From positions 5,494 to 69,493 of the forward strand of contig JAJYYF010000019.1 in NCBI GenBank assembly GCA_021801225.1: a DNA stretch of 64,000 nucleotides. The letters run 5' to 3'. The notes under the pieces are model-generated. The model was not told the DNA's origin and ran no database searches. It saw only the letters and a program-made list of their open reading frames with translations. A program made the position numbers and the translations under genes. This document shows, piece by piece, positions 27,020 through 37,515 of the stretch (position 1 is its first letter; each line of letters begins with the position of its first letter). Origin of the DNA: Candidatus Micrarchaeota archaeon. Lineage in GTDB: Archaea > Micrarchaeota > Micrarchaeia > Micrarchaeales > CABMGC01.

Positions 27020-28177
27020 CTATGGCTGAAGCCAATCTATTTCGTAATAATCTGCATTACTGCCCTTAAGAAGTATCTTTTTAATCTTGTAATAAGTAAC
27101 AGCAGTTTCCCTATCTGTTATTGCAAGTATTAACTCCAATTTTTTATCTTTTGCTTCTTTTATTGCACCAGCAAACTCCTTACCTCCTATATACTCTTCC
27201 TCGCTCAAAGAAAGCATTGCGTATCTAGGTGGAAACATATCTGGACTTTCTGCTTCACCACCTCTTCTGTGGTACAGAATAAAATCTAATTTTATTTTTT
27301 TATTTACAGATACTCCGGGAACTGCAAGAATAAATGTTTTTCTTACTGAATGAGCAACACGAATCGCGCGTGCCCATTCTGATATTAATAAACGCGAGTC
27401 TTTTGGAAACACATGTATTACGTGTTTCGAGTGCACCCATTCTTTATCATCTTTTTTAACTGGTTTTGCTCCTGGAAAGTAAACTCTAAAATGTGTACCG
27501 AATTTAAAACCGGTTTTAATTACATAACCCTTTTCTCTCCAATCAGAGTACACCTCAAAAAGTTTTAAGAAGTCCTTCCTTCTTGCCTTTGCAGATGATA
27601 GAATTTTTTTCTTATTAAAAGAGTCAGAATTCAAAATATTTTTTTCTAATAAGAAATAAGTTTCATAAATATCAAGTTTATTTAATTTTCCTCTTTCTGG
27701 AGCCTTATACGAACCATACTGGCCTAACCAAAAGTTCTCATACAAAAATTTTCCCTTTTCATCATCATTTATTATTGAGACTAAATCTGATTGAAAAAAG
27801 GTGCCATCTAAATGATATTGAGGTAATGATAATTTTCCAGAAGGATACTCTTTTACTGGGGCTTTATTTGAATTTTCTTTAAAAAATACAGTATCTTTTG
27901 CTATTAAGCCTCTATCACGCCAATCTTTATATGTAAAGTACTTTGCAATGAATTTTTTAGAATTATTAAACATAGATAATAACTCTGCAAATGTAACTTC
28001 AGTAGATTTTTTTTTACAAACTGCATTTCTTATCTCAATAAGATACAACACTTCAAAAATGTTTAACTTTAAAATTTTATCTTCAAAGGTTCCAAAAAAA
28101 CCCTTTTTTAATATATCAATGCTTGACTGATCCTTAACTATTAATTTATTTTTAGAAATATACTCTATTTGAAGCAT
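27020..28177 (-). CDS. endA: tRNA-splicing endonuclease, unusually long multi-unit form
   Basis: Catalytic unit YSDWREKGYVIKTGFKFGTHFRVYF...HSKHVIHV...VAHSVRKTFILAV (Tyr/His/Lys triad). It is preceded by a degenerate duplicated unit and followed by an extra ~100-aa C-terminal unit. Confidence 0.85.
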   Translation of the reverse strand: MLQIEYISKNKLIVKDQSSIDILKKGFFGTFEDKILKLNIFEVLYLIEIRNAVCKKKSTEVTFAELLSMFNNSKKFIAKYFTYKDWRDRGLIAKDTVFFKENSNKAPVKEYPSGKLSLPQYHLDGTFFQSDLVSIINDDEKGKFLYENFWLGQYGSYKAPERGKLNKLDIYETYFLLEKNILNSDSFNKKKILSSAKARRKDFLKLFEVYSDWREKGYVIKTGFKFGTHFRVYFPGAKPVKKDDKEWVHSKHVIHVFPKDSRLLISEWARAIRVAHSVRKTFILAVPGVSVNKKIKLDFILYHRRGGEAESPDMFPPRYAMLSLSEEEYIGGKEFAGAIKEAKDKKLELILAITDRETAVTYYKIKKILLKGSNADYYEIDWLQP

Positions 28178-28282
28178 GTACTCCCTGCGTAAACATTTAC
28201 ATTGATAATTATCAAGCATATTTATTAAACTTAAGCCTATTAAGTTCAATAATAAATTATTAAATTAAAATCCGCTTTAATT

Positions 28283-28825
28283 TTATTTCCTTTTTGTTTT
28301 TTGTAGTTCTTCAGACAAAGAGTTTAACTCTATCCCTGTAAAAAATGTTGTTGAAAATAAAGAAGACTCTATTGTGGTCTTTGATTCATTTAAAAATCTG
28401 CTGGATTTTAGAATTTCTTTTGATTGATCTATTAAGCGTTTTGATAAATGAATCAATGGCATTGCTTCCGAAGCAACCATGTCAGATATATCTAAATAAC
28501 TATTAGGCATTGTTTTATCTCTTTTAAGTTTGTTTTTTCTTTGCAAACCAGATAAATCTGTAACCTTTGCCTCATTCCAGTTATCAACATTTCCTAGACC
28601 CAACTGTAATGTACTTCTAAATAAATTTACCGATGATATTCTAAGGTTTTCAGAAACCAACTCCGAAACAATAGGATTTCTTTCATCCTTTGTAAGAAAG
28701 TATAATGATTGTGCTTCTTGTTTTATTTTTTTAAGCTTTTGTCTAAATGTATTTTTTATTTCAATTATCTTGATTTCATTATCCTTGTTTTTGAGTTCTT
28801 CCTTTTTTTGTTTAGATTCTTTCAC
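28283..28825 (-). CDS. Hypothetical protein with a Lys/Glu-rich (probably coiled-coil) N-terminus
   Basis: ATG ORF in an otherwise unassigned interval. No motif recognised. Confidence 0.4.
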   Translation of the reverse strand: MKESKQKKEELKNKDNEIKIIEIKNTFRQKLKKIKQEAQSLYFLTKDERNPIVSELVSENLRISSVNLFRSTLQLGLGNVDNWNEAKVTDLSGLQRKNKLKRDKTMPNSYLDISDMVASEAMPLIHLSKRLIDQSKEILKSSRFLNESKTTIESSLFSTTFFTGIELNSLSEELQKTKRK

Positions 28826-28926
28826 AAAAATCGTAAAGTACTATCTTTTTTAAGATATAAATATTTAATGTTTAAATTAGGACTCAATTTGAAAAAGATT
28901 AAAGCTTTTTATTACAAATATAAAGT

Positions 28927-29901
28927 ATGGCAATTATAGGAATAGAAAGCAGTGCGCACACATTTGGAGTAGGAATTATACAAAATGGAGAGATATTGGC
29001 AAATGTAAAGTCGATGTATAAAATAGGAAATAAAGGAATGATTCCTATAGAGGTATCAGAACATCACATACAAAATGCCGCAGATGTTATAAAATTAGCT
29101 TTAGATACCGCAAAAATAACTATAAAGGATCTTAAAGGAGTAGGCTACACAAAAGGTCCAGGAATGGGGCCATGTCTTCAAGTTGGACAGTTAAGCGCAA
29201 AAACACTTTCGTATAGATTAAAAATACCAATCGCTCCAGTAAATCACGGGGTAGCTCATGTGGAGATAACTAAACACACACAGAAGATGAAGGATCCGCT
29301 AGCTCTATACGTTAGCGGAGGGAACTCACAGATACTAGTACTTGATAAAAATACCCGAAAGTATAGAATTTTAGGCGAGACCTTTGATATGGGCTTAGGC
29401 AACGCAATAGACAACCTAGCTAGGTCGCTAGGGCTAGAACATGCATGGGGCTCTGATGTCGAAAGGTTAGCTAAAGATGGTTCGTATATAGATATGCCTT
29501 ATACAGTCAAGGGTATGGACTTCTCATTCACCGGTTTGTTAACTAACGCAATAAAAAAGCTAGAAACAGAGAAAAAAGAAGATGTCTGTTACTCATTTCA
29601 AGAGACTGCTTTCTCAATGCTTTGCGAGGCTACAGAACGGGCTCTTCTCCTAAGCAAAAAAAACGAGTTATGCGTATGTGGTGGAGTAGCACAAAACACA
29701 AAGCTAGCTAAAATGCTAGAAGAAGTAGCCTCAGAAAACGGAGTAAGATTTGCTAAAGCACCAAATGAGTTTAATGCAGATAACGGAGCAATGATTGCGT
29801 TGGTTGCTGAAAATAATATAAAAAATAATAACTTTGAAAAGTTGGAGAACTGTGATGTAAAACAAAGATACAGAATAGATGAGGTCGTTGTTTATGATTG
29901 A
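28927..29901 (+). CDS. kae1: tRNA N6-adenosine threonylcarbamoyltransferase Kae1
   Basis: N-terminus IIGIESSAHTFGVGI, HVEITKH metal-site region, and a Kae1/TsaD-like C-terminal NGAMIA. Confidence 0.9.
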   Translation: MAIIGIESSAHTFGVGIIQNGEILANVKSMYKIGNKGMIPIEVSEHHIQNAADVIKLALDTAKITIKDLKGVGYTKGPGMGPCLQVGQLSAKTLSYRLKIPIAPVNHGVAHVEITKHTQKMKDPLALYVSGGNSQILVLDKNTRKYRILGETFDMGLGNAIDNLARSLGLEHAWGSDVERLAKDGSYIDMPYTVKGMDFSFTGLLTNAIKKLETEKKEDVCYSFQETAFSMLCEATERALLLSKKNELCVCGGVAQNTKLAKMLEEVASENGVRFAKAPNEFNADNGAMIALVAENNIKNNNFEKLENCDVKQRYRIDEVVVYD

Positions 29902-30478
29902 ATTTAAAGGTGCAGAAGCAACAATCGAGGTAATACAGTTATATAATCAGAAAGTGATTGTAAAAACAAGAAACGAAAAAAAGTATAGAATAAAATCTTT
30001 AGATGAAAAATTACGTAGCTTCAGAACAAAAAGAGAAGCAAGAATAATACTTAAATTAAACAACTCTAATGTAAACTCTCCTAAGATACTTGCATTAGGT
30101 AAATACACAATCATGATGAGCTTTGTAGAAGGTGTATTGATGCGAGATCTTCCTGAAAACGAAGAGTTTATGAAGCCCATTGGCAATGAGGTTAAAAAAA
30201 TGCATCTTTCAGGAGTTGTTCATGGTGATTTAACACCTGCTAACATAATAATTAAAAATAATACTCCATTCATAATTGATTTCGGCCTAGCTGAGGTAAC
30301 TAATAATTTAGAGGAAAAAGCAATAGATTTACTTTTATTCAAAAGATCAGTTAGTAAAAAATCATTTGAAATATTTCTAAGTTCTTACATTGAAAAAAAT
30401 CCCGAAGGTAAAAAAGTTATAGATAAACTCAAAGAGGTAGAGTTAAGGGGCAGATATAATGTAAGAACTCTTACATAA
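29894..30478 (+). CDS. bud32: Bud32/PRPK atypical kinase (KEOPS subunit)
   Basis: GAEATIE glycine loop, catalytic VHGDLTPANIII, and IDFGLA. The start overlaps the kae1 stop by 8 nt. Confidence 0.85.
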   Translation: MIEFKGAEATIEVIQLYNQKVIVKTRNEKKYRIKSLDEKLRSFRTKREARIILKLNNSNVNSPKILALGKYTIMMSFVEGVLMRDLPENEEFMKPIGNEVKKMHLSGVVHGDLTPANIIIKNNTPFIIDFGLAEVTNNLEEKAIDLLLFKRSVSKKSFEIFLSSYIEKNPEGKKVIDKLKEVELRGRYNVRTLT

Positions 30479-30522
30479 ATAAATTAAATAAAAGAAATAA
30501 AGAAATAAAAATCTGTAAAAAA

Positions 30523-30597
30523 TTACAGATCTCCTACTCTTCTCTTCTGGGCTCTTCTTACTCTCTTTCTTCTTTTCTTTACCCATTTCCAGCGCAT
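30523..30597 (-). CDS. rpl41e: Ribosomal protein L41e-like Arg/Lys-rich mini-ORF (absent from the ORF track)
   Basis: Translates to [24 protein letters not shown]. The frame is open upstream to 30651 and adds ...[11 protein letters not shown], resembling longer archaeal L41e annotations. It lies in the gap between bud32 and the next gene. Confidence 0.55.
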   Translation of the reverse strand: MRWKWVKKRRKRVRRAQKRRVGDL

Positions 30598-30728
30598 TCT
30601 TCCTTTCTTTTTCCATTTTCTAGGTATACTTCCCAGTGAAACACCGATTAACTATGCAAATATGTTTTGTGGCGTAAGAATAATAATACTTGCGTTAAAT
30701 ATATTCTAAAAGAATATAATGTGATTTT

Positions 30729-31511
30729 ATGGGAAATTTAACAATAATAGGAATAATTATTGTTGCTATAATAGTTATAGGAGGTATACTTTACTTCTTA
30801 AACACTAAGAGTAGTACCAATAATAATGTAAGTAGCAATCATACCTCAACAAGTAATGCAAATACTACTAAAAAAACAAACTCAACTAACAGTACAGTAT
30901 CGCAATCAAACGTAACTACAACACAAAACACTTCTACAAACGGTAATAATACGGCTTTGGCAGATTGTTTATCTGGAACATCTACTGTAAGTATACCTAA
31001 TGGAAACTTCGGAACAGGTACTTATCAAGACTGGAATACTACTGGAGTAGGTTTTGGTACATCTCCTGCAAATATAACTGAATACAATACAAATAATGAT
31101 TATTACAACAGTCCATGGACAAATTACAATGGACAGTACTTCGCAACAACCTATACTGGCGGTATTCTAATAAGTACTGGGAACTTAACTTCAAATGCAT
31201 TCCAAGTAACCGAACCATATCTTAACTTCAAAATAGTGTCACCACAAAACAACTTACTTTATGTTGAGGTAATGGAAAATAATACCCCCATTATAATAAA
31301 GCAATTCAACAGTTATGGAAATTCCGGTGCACCTACGGGAACATTTGAAAATGCAACAATACCTTTGACTTCATTGTTATGTAAGAATGTAAATATAAGA
31401 GTTGTTTCAGGAGTTGTATATACCCCAGCTACAAAATATGACATTATAGCTGTCGGAGACTTCTACCTCTCAAAGGTACCTGTTGGAAGTCCTGGAACCT
31501 CCCTAAACTAA
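30729..31511 (+). CDS. Membrane-anchored extracellular protein with an S/T/N-rich stalk and a beta-sandwich-like domain
   Basis: N-terminal TM, a low-complexity Ser/Thr/Asn linker, and many sequons. The NGNFGTGTYQDWNTTGVGFG motif resembles jelly-roll/LamG-type domains. Confidence 0.4.
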   Translation: MGNLTIIGIIIVAIIVIGGILYFLNTKSSTNNNVSSNHTSTSNANTTKKTNSTNSTVSQSNVTTTQNTSTNGNNTALADCLSGTSTVSIPNGNFGTGTYQDWNTTGVGFGTSPANITEYNTNNDYYNSPWTNYNGQYFATTYTGGILISTGNLTSNAFQVTEPYLNFKIVSPQNNLLYVEVMENNTPIIIKQFNSYGNSGAPTGTFENATIPLTSLLCKNVNIRVVSGVVYTPATKYDIIAVGDFYLSKVPVGSPGTSLN

Positions 31512-31558
31512 CTTTTTATTTTTTCTTTTATTTTTAATTTTTTATTTTGTGATACTTT

Positions 31559-32986
31559 ATGAAGATATACAACACATTAAGTAAAAAAGAGGAGGAGTTT
31601 AAACCTTTGAAAAATAATCATGTCGGATTTTATACTTGTGGCCCTACTGTTTATTTTTATGCACATATTGGAAATATGAGAAATTACATAATAAATGATC
31701 TTCTTGAACGAGTTTTAATAAAAAACAATTATACTGTAAAACACGTTATGAATCTTACTGATGTTGGACATAATATAGGGGATGGAGATTTAGGAGAGGA
31801 TAAAATACGTGACGAAGCTAAAAAAGAGCATAAAACAGCTGAACAAATAATAGAGTTTTACAGCAATGCTTTTTTTGAAGATGCTAAAAAATTGAATATA
31901 ATTAAACCAGATGTAATATCAAGAGCCTCTGAAAATATAAAACAGATAATAGAGTTCATAGAAAAACTGAATGAAAAAGGATATCTTTATAAAACAGAAA
32001 CCGGAGTTTATTTTGACACAGCTAAGTTTAAAGAATACGGAAAGCTTTCTGGTTCTACCTTCAAATCATTAAATGAACAACAAATAGGAGGAGCTCGTGT
32101 ACAAAGACCTGAAGGAATTAAAAATATAACTGATTTTGCCGTTTGGAGATTTGCAAAACCAGATGAAAAAGAGATGGTCTGGGATACTACATTCGGAAGA
32201 GGTTTTCCTGGTTGGCATATTGAGTGTAGTACTATTGCATATAAATTTTTAGGAGAACAGTTAGACATACATTGTGGAGGTCAGGACCACATACAGGTAC
32301 ATCATACAAATGAAATAGCTCAAAGCGAGTCTCTTTTTGAAAAACAATTTGTTAAGTACTGGGTTCATATTGAGTTCTTAACAGTTGATGGTAAAAAAAT
32401 GAGCAAATCCTTAAAAAATATATATACGATAAATGATTTGGAAAAAAAGGGTTTTACTCCTTTATCATTCAGATTCATGGTTATCTCAGTCCATTATAGA
32501 AAGATGATGAACTTCACCTTTGAAGGATTGAAGCATTATTACGATGCTCTTAACTCAATATACGCTTTTATAAGTAAAATAAGTGTACCTAATGAAAAAA
32601 TAGGAGGTATAGATAAAGAATTTGCTAAGACTATTAAAGAGTATAAAAAATTATTTTTTGAGTTAGTAAGTGATGATTTAAACATACCAAATGCAATAAT
32701 AAAAATGCACGAAATGATAAACTACTCAAAAAAAGATCTAAATAAGGAGGAAACTGCAGTTGTTTTAACTACACTATTAGAATTTGATGAAATACTGGGT
32801 CTTGATTTCAAAAAGCATTTAAGCAGTAAACTTTCTAAAGAGGCTTTAGAGCTAATAAAAGAAAGAGAGCTCTCAAGAAAGGGAAAAGATTTTGAAAAAT
32901 CTGATAAATTAAGAGATAAATTACTTAAAGAGTATAAAATAAAAATAGAAGATACAAAAGAAGGCAGCGTTTGGTATTCCGTTTAA
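31559..32986 (+). CDS. cysS: Cysteinyl-tRNA synthetase
   Basis: HIGN (HIGH) and KMSKSL motifs, plus the Zn-binding GWHIECS. Confidence 0.95.
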   Translation: MKIYNTLSKKEEEFKPLKNNHVGFYTCGPTVYFYAHIGNMRNYIINDLLERVLIKNNYTVKHVMNLTDVGHNIGDGDLGEDKIRDEAKKEHKTAEQIIEFYSNAFFEDAKKLNIIKPDVISRASENIKQIIEFIEKLNEKGYLYKTETGVYFDTAKFKEYGKLSGSTFKSLNEQQIGGARVQRPEGIKNITDFAVWRFAKPDEKEMVWDTTFGRGFPGWHIECSTIAYKFLGEQLDIHCGGQDHIQVHHTNEIAQSESLFEKQFVKYWVHIEFLTVDGKKMSKSLKNIYTINDLEKKGFTPLSFRFMVISVHYRKMMNFTFEGLKHYYDALNSIYAFISKISVPNEKIGGIDKEFAKTIKEYKKLFFELVSDDLNIPNAIIKMHEMINYSKKDLNKEETAVVLTTLLEFDEILGLDFKKHLSSKLSKEALELIKERELSRKGKDFEKSDKLRDKLLKEYKIKIEDTKEGSVWYSV

Positions 32987-33399
32987 GTAATATTTTTATT
33001 TTCTGATTTGCGAGATTTTTGTTTTCCTGTTTTTGCAGCTATAAATAGCAAGGACAAATCCTCTTTTTTCTCAGTGTCCACCCAGGATTTTATATAAATA
33101 GGTATATTTTTGAAAGGTTTAGAGTATCTGTCTGTAAAACTGTATACATTTGATTCGTGTTTAAGTATTCCAACATTTACTCCGAAATCTAGATATCTCT
33201 TCCAAGTAGCAATTGGTAAATCTGGGTTGCAGTCCTTTAACCTTAGTTGCCCTTTCTCTTTAACCTCTAATAATGCTCTTGCAAATCTATATGCTCTTGT
33301 TTCATTGTCAAAATAAATCTTTGCTACCTCCTTAACACTTGGGTTTTTCATCTTTTCCTTAACAGGCGCATCCTCATATTCCCAGTATTTTATGGACAT
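32983..33399 (-). CDS. Hypothetical small protein (possible winged helix)
   Basis: ATG ORF. Its stop overlaps the cysS stop region. It is divergent from the large glycoprotein gene at 33530. Confidence 0.4.
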   Translation of the reverse strand: MSIKYWEYEDAPVKEKMKNPSVKEVAKIYFDNETRAYRFARALLEVKEKGQLRLKDCNPDLPIATWKRYLDFGVNVGILKHESNVYSFTDRYSKPFKNIPIYIKSWVDTEKKEDLSLLFIAAKTGKQKSRKSENKNIT

Positions 33400-33529
33400 T
33401 TTATCAATAAAAATATCCTGTTAAAGATTATAAAGTTTTCTAAATATATTGAATAGCTATTTGTTACTAGGAAAAATTAAAATAAGTAATTAACATAGTA
33501 TATTTATATTTATTAGTTTTAAAAAAATC

Positions 33530-35617
33530 ATGTTTGATGAAGATGATTCTGATAAAAGACTTTTTTCTGGGTCTTACCTAGATGGAAATACAAATATTTT
33601 TTATCAAACACAACCTAAAAAAACTACAGTGAATAAACTACTTGATCTTTCTTCATTAATAATGATATTTTCGGTTGTTTTATTTATATTTATTTTTTTA
33701 ATAATGTTCTCTTTAGGAGAGTTTTTACATCTTAATTTCAATCAAGGGATAGAAAGTTTATTTTTTTGGGGAGAAATAGCAATAATCTTATATGCCCTAA
33801 TAGAGTTAGGATTATCATTGAAGATATACTATTATTGTAAAGAACTAGAAACTGCTAAAAAAGAAAACAAAAAATATTTACACAGGACCTTGCTCATCTT
33901 TTCATTCATTTCAATTTTTTTATTAATACTTTTACCTAACTTTTTATTTTTTGGGAATATAATCTCATTTAATACACTTCCAGGAGTAAGTTACACATCA
34001 TCTTCTTTGATCTACAACATGGGAAATTTTCATTATCAGTACATCTTAAATTACTTGACTAACTCTGATTCTATACTTCAAGTATTTGGACTTTTAATAT
34101 TATTTTTTACTTCCTTCTATGCTGTTTTTTCAGATAAAAAAACCCATGCAATTATTCCAACCTTAGTATTTATCATACTTTTATTAGTATTTTTTTACTC
34201 TTTAAAAATCTATATTGTAACGCAGAATAAATACTCCTTGAATTTGCTTAATAAAGATATAAACTCGAGTAATCAATATTTAAATAGTATTTTGAATAAT
34301 TATCAAGAGTTCACATCAACTTCGACATTAGGTACTAATTTCTTCAACAACATGCAAAATTTGATAGAAAAACAAAGTAATATAAATAATATTTTTGGGA
34401 AAAACTCTTCGAGCATTTGGAATTATACTGAGTTAAATAATGATTTTTTGGGCTATGGTTTTTTCGAGTATTATTATATTAAAAAATTCAATAATTATGG
34501 GTATCAGATAACCTCTAACAATACTGATAACTCTACACTAATTATCCGCGGGAATAGTACACTTTTACTTTTAAATTATTTAGCTAAAATGCTTTCAGTA
34601 CAAGAAGCAATTAACAATAATTCAAAAGTATTAAATAATTATCAAGGCTTCTTAAAAAGAGAAAATTATCCTTATTATTATGGAAAAAATAGTTATTTAT
34701 TTAATAACACTAATTATACAGGTATTATTTATTATAATAACTATTATTTGGAAAACAATGATTATGCATTAAAAACTCTAAATTACTTATTAGGTTCTAA
34801 CACTACTTTATTTTATAATTTAAGGTATAACACTGCGCAATTAAATAATATTTTTTATATCTTATCCTCTGAACAGTACTATAATTACGCTGTAGACTCA
34901 TTGCTTTATAATCAAAGTATACCTACAAAAATAAATTATATAGGATATAGTGGTGGCACTACAATTTTAAATCTAGGGAATATCTCTCCAAATTATACTA
35001 ACTTTACAATTTATTTAGATAATAACTTTGTAAGATATTATAAATACTATAATTTCATAATCGTAAACAATTTTGAGCTGCAACCTGGAATAAACAATGT
35101 AACAATAAAACTACCTCAATATAAACTCAATGAAACATATAATTTTTATGTTTCTCCTTATTTGATAATAAACTCCAGTGTTTATGAAGGATCAGAAAAT
35201 AATTTATCTATATTAAATGTTTTGATAAGTAATCCAAGCAATAGAACTATTATTATAAGTAAGTTATATCTTTCGCAACCATCTTTAACTAACGGTTTTT
35301 ACGAACAAGACATAAATAACCAAAATAATAGCATATTCTGGCTGGCTCCTGACCATAATGTTAGTTTAGTTTATAATTTGTATGGAAATGCCAAAAATAA
35401 TGAAAAATATGCTTATGTTATGAATATGAACACAAGTTATGGTCCTGGACAGTATATATTTACTGGAAAGGAGGCCTTCTCAACCTTTGTTTATAATAAA
35501 AATCAGACAAATGCAATAATTTTGAATAGTATCACTGAAAGTCCAAACAGCATAACTACAAAGACCAGTAATAGCATAAATATCAAAACAACAACAGTAA
35601 AGAGTGTAATAGTTTAA
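33530..35617 (+). CDS. Polytopic membrane protein with a large Asn/Tyr-rich, sequon-dense extracellular domain
   Basis: About 6-7 N-terminal TM helices, then ~450 aa of low-complexity sequence rich in N-x-S/T. Confidence 0.55.
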   Translation: MFDEDDSDKRLFSGSYLDGNTNIFYQTQPKKTTVNKLLDLSSLIMIFSVVLFIFIFLIMFSLGEFLHLNFNQGIESLFFWGEIAIILYALIELGLSLKIYYYCKELETAKKENKKYLHRTLLIFSFISIFLLILLPNFLFFGNIISFNTLPGVSYTSSSLIYNMGNFHYQYILNYLTNSDSILQVFGLLILFFTSFYAVFSDKKTHAIIPTLVFIILLLVFFYSLKIYIVTQNKYSLNLLNKDINSSNQYLNSILNNYQEFTSTSTLGTNFFNNMQNLIEKQSNINNIFGKNSSSIWNYTELNNDFLGYGFFEYYYIKKFNNYGYQITSNNTDNSTLIIRGNSTLLLLNYLAKMLSVQEAINNNSKVLNNYQGFLKRENYPYYYGKNSYLFNNTNYTGIIYYNNYYLENNDYALKTLNYLLGSNTTLFYNLRYNTAQLNNIFYILSSEQYYNYAVDSLLYNQSIPTKINYIGYSGGTTILNLGNISPNYTNFTIYLDNNFVRYYKYYNFIIVNNFELQPGINNVTIKLPQYKLNETYNFYVSPYLIINSSVYEGSENNLSILNVLISNPSNRTIIISKLYLSQPSLTNGFYEQDINNQNNSIFWLAPDHNVSLVYNLYGNAKNNEKYAYVMNMNTSYGPGQYIFTGKEAFSTFVYNKNQTNAIILNSITESPNSITTKTSNSINIKTTTVKSVIV

Positions 35618-35774
35618 TAACTCTATGCGTGTTCTTTTTACGAAAGATTTATATAGGTTATTAGAGTATATTTTACACACAGTAGTTAGTTCAACCAAGA
35701 TGGCTTATTTTTGGTTAGTAATATACTCATAAAAAATAATAAGATAATACAAATATTATATTTAGGTGAATTAA

Positions 35775-37043
35775 ATGGCAGAAAAACCACACATGAATTT
35801 GATTTTTATAGGGCACGTTGATCATGGAAAATCAACCACTGTAGGAAGATTGCTTTACGAAACAAAAGCAGTATCAGAACAAGATATGAAAAAAATCAAA
35901 GATGAGGTAACAAAGTACAACAGACCTTCATTTGAGTTTGCATTCGTCATGGATCAACTCAAAGAAGAAAGAGAAAGAGGAATAACAATAGACATCATGC
36001 ACAAAGACTTCCAAACTCCAAAATACTACTTCACAATTATAGATGCACCAGGTCACAGAGACTTTGTAAAGAATATGATTACAGGCGCAAGTCAAGCTGA
36101 CGCTGCAGTATTAGTAGTATCAGCAATAGACGGAATACAAGGTCAAACAAGAGAACACGCTTACTTAGCAAGAGTTTTGGGAATAGGGCAAGTAATAGTA
36201 GGAATAAATAAGATGGACGCTGCAGGATATGATAAAGCAAAGTTCGAAGATACAAAAACAAAGGTCGTAGAACTTCTTAAAACAGTAGGATATGATGTTA
36301 GTAAAATAACATTTGTACCTTACTCTGCTTTGCAAGGAGATAACATAGCAGTAAAATCAGATAAAATGCCATGGTACACTGGACAAACATTGTTACAATG
36401 TTTAGATAATTTCGTAGTACCAAACAAACCAACTGACAAACCATTGAGATTACCAATACAAGATGTTCACAGCGTAGCTGGTTTCGGAACGGTACCTGTA
36501 GGAAAAGTAGAAACTGGAGTAATGAAACCTGGCGAACAAATAATTATAATGCCTTCTGGAATTAAAACAGACGTTAAGAGTATTGAGATGCACCACCAAC
36601 AATTACAACAAGCAATACCTGGTGATAACGTAGGTTTCAATATAAAAGGTATAGATAAAAAAGATATAAAAAGAGGGGACGTTGTAGGACCAGCAAACAA
36701 TCCACCAACAGTAGCACAAGAGTTTACTGCACAAATTGTAGTAATAAATCACAAGAACGCAATAGCTCCTGGATATACACCTGTCTTCCACATACACACT
36801 GCTCAGATAGCAGCAACAATAACTGAAATTGTTGAGAAGAAAGATCCTAAAACAGGTCAAACATTGCAAAAGAATCCTGAGTTCATAAAGAATGGAGATG
36901 TAGCAATAGTCAAAATAAAACCAACAAAGGCAACAGTTGTAGAAAAGTTCAGTGATTTCCCACAATTAGGAAGATTTGCAATAAGAGATATGGGTCAAAC
37001 AGTAGCTGCAGGAGTAGTACTAGATGTAGTAAAGAAACAATGA
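35775..37043 (+). CDS. tuf: Translation elongation factor EF-1 alpha
   Basis: [17 protein letters not shown] and NKMD GTPase motifs. Full length. Confidence 0.97.
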   Translation: MAEKPHMNLIFIGHVDHGKSTTVGRLLYETKAVSEQDMKKIKDEVTKYNRPSFEFAFVMDQLKEERERGITIDIMHKDFQTPKYYFTIIDAPGHRDFVKNMITGASQADAAVLVVSAIDGIQGQTREHAYLARVLGIGQVIVGINKMDAAGYDKAKFEDTKTKVVELLKTVGYDVSKITFVPYSALQGDNIAVKSDKMPWYTGQTLLQCLDNFVVPNKPTDKPLRLPIQDVHSVAGFGTVPVGKVETGVMKPGEQIIIMPSGIKTDVKSIEMHHQQLQQAIPGDNVGFNIKGIDKKDIKRGDVVGPANNPPTVAQEFTAQIVVINHKNAIAPGYTPVFHIHTAQIAATITEIVEKKDPKTGQTLQKNPEFIKNGDVAIVKIKPTKATVVEKFSDFPQLGRFAIRDMGQTVAAGVVLDVVKKQ

Positions 37044-37052
37044 AGTGAATAA

Positions 37053-37358
37053 ATGCCAGTTGCAAAAATTAAATTAATAAGTAGGAATAAAACAGATGCA
37101 AGGGATATTGCAAAACAGATAATAGAAATTGCAAAAGTTTCAGGTGTAAAATATAAAGGACCTATACCACTTCCAACAAAGGTTATGGATATATCCACAA
37201 GAAAATCACCTTGTGGTGACGGTTCACATACCTTTGAGCACTGGCAAATGAGGATTCACAAATGGATTGTACAGATAGACGGAAGTGAACAAGCATTAAG
37301 ACAAGTAATGAGAATACTAGTTCCAGATACAGTCCAGATAGAAATGTCCCTTAGTTAA
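37053..37358 (+). CDS. rps10: 30S ribosomal protein S10
   Basis: Canonical position after tuf. It has the S10-like motif PLPTKVMDISTRKSPCGDGSHTFEHWQMRIHKW. Confidence 0.9.
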   Translation: MPVAKIKLISRNKTDARDIAKQIIEIAKVSGVKYKGPIPLPTKVMDISTRKSPCGDGSHTFEHWQMRIHKWIVQIDGSEQALRQVMRILVPDTVQIEMSLS

Positions 37359-37515
37359 TTATTTTTAATATTAACCTATTTCTTCTTTTTTTGTAATTTT
37401 AATAACATTTAATTCTTAACGCTAGTTTTATTAAATATACAGATAGATTTTTAATAAAATCCTAATAAATACTATTGGTGTTATAATAGCTGGCGACAAA
37501 CAACATTTTTTTTGG

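Noticed and set aside
28530-28939. Plus-strand ORFs 28530..28853 and 28709..28939
   Set aside because: They lie antisense to, or in the promoter region of, the 180-aa minus-strand gene and kae1. The products are hydrophobic and low complexity, and the second ORF would overlap the kae1 start.
33530-35617. Extreme Asn/Tyr/Ile-rich low-complexity coding, considered as eukaryotic (e.g. apicomplexan-like) contamination or non-coding repeat DNA
   Set aside because: The ORF is continuous for 695 codons in DNA where stops are frequent. It has normal TM helices and archaeal neighbours on both sides, and its composition matches the rest of the window.
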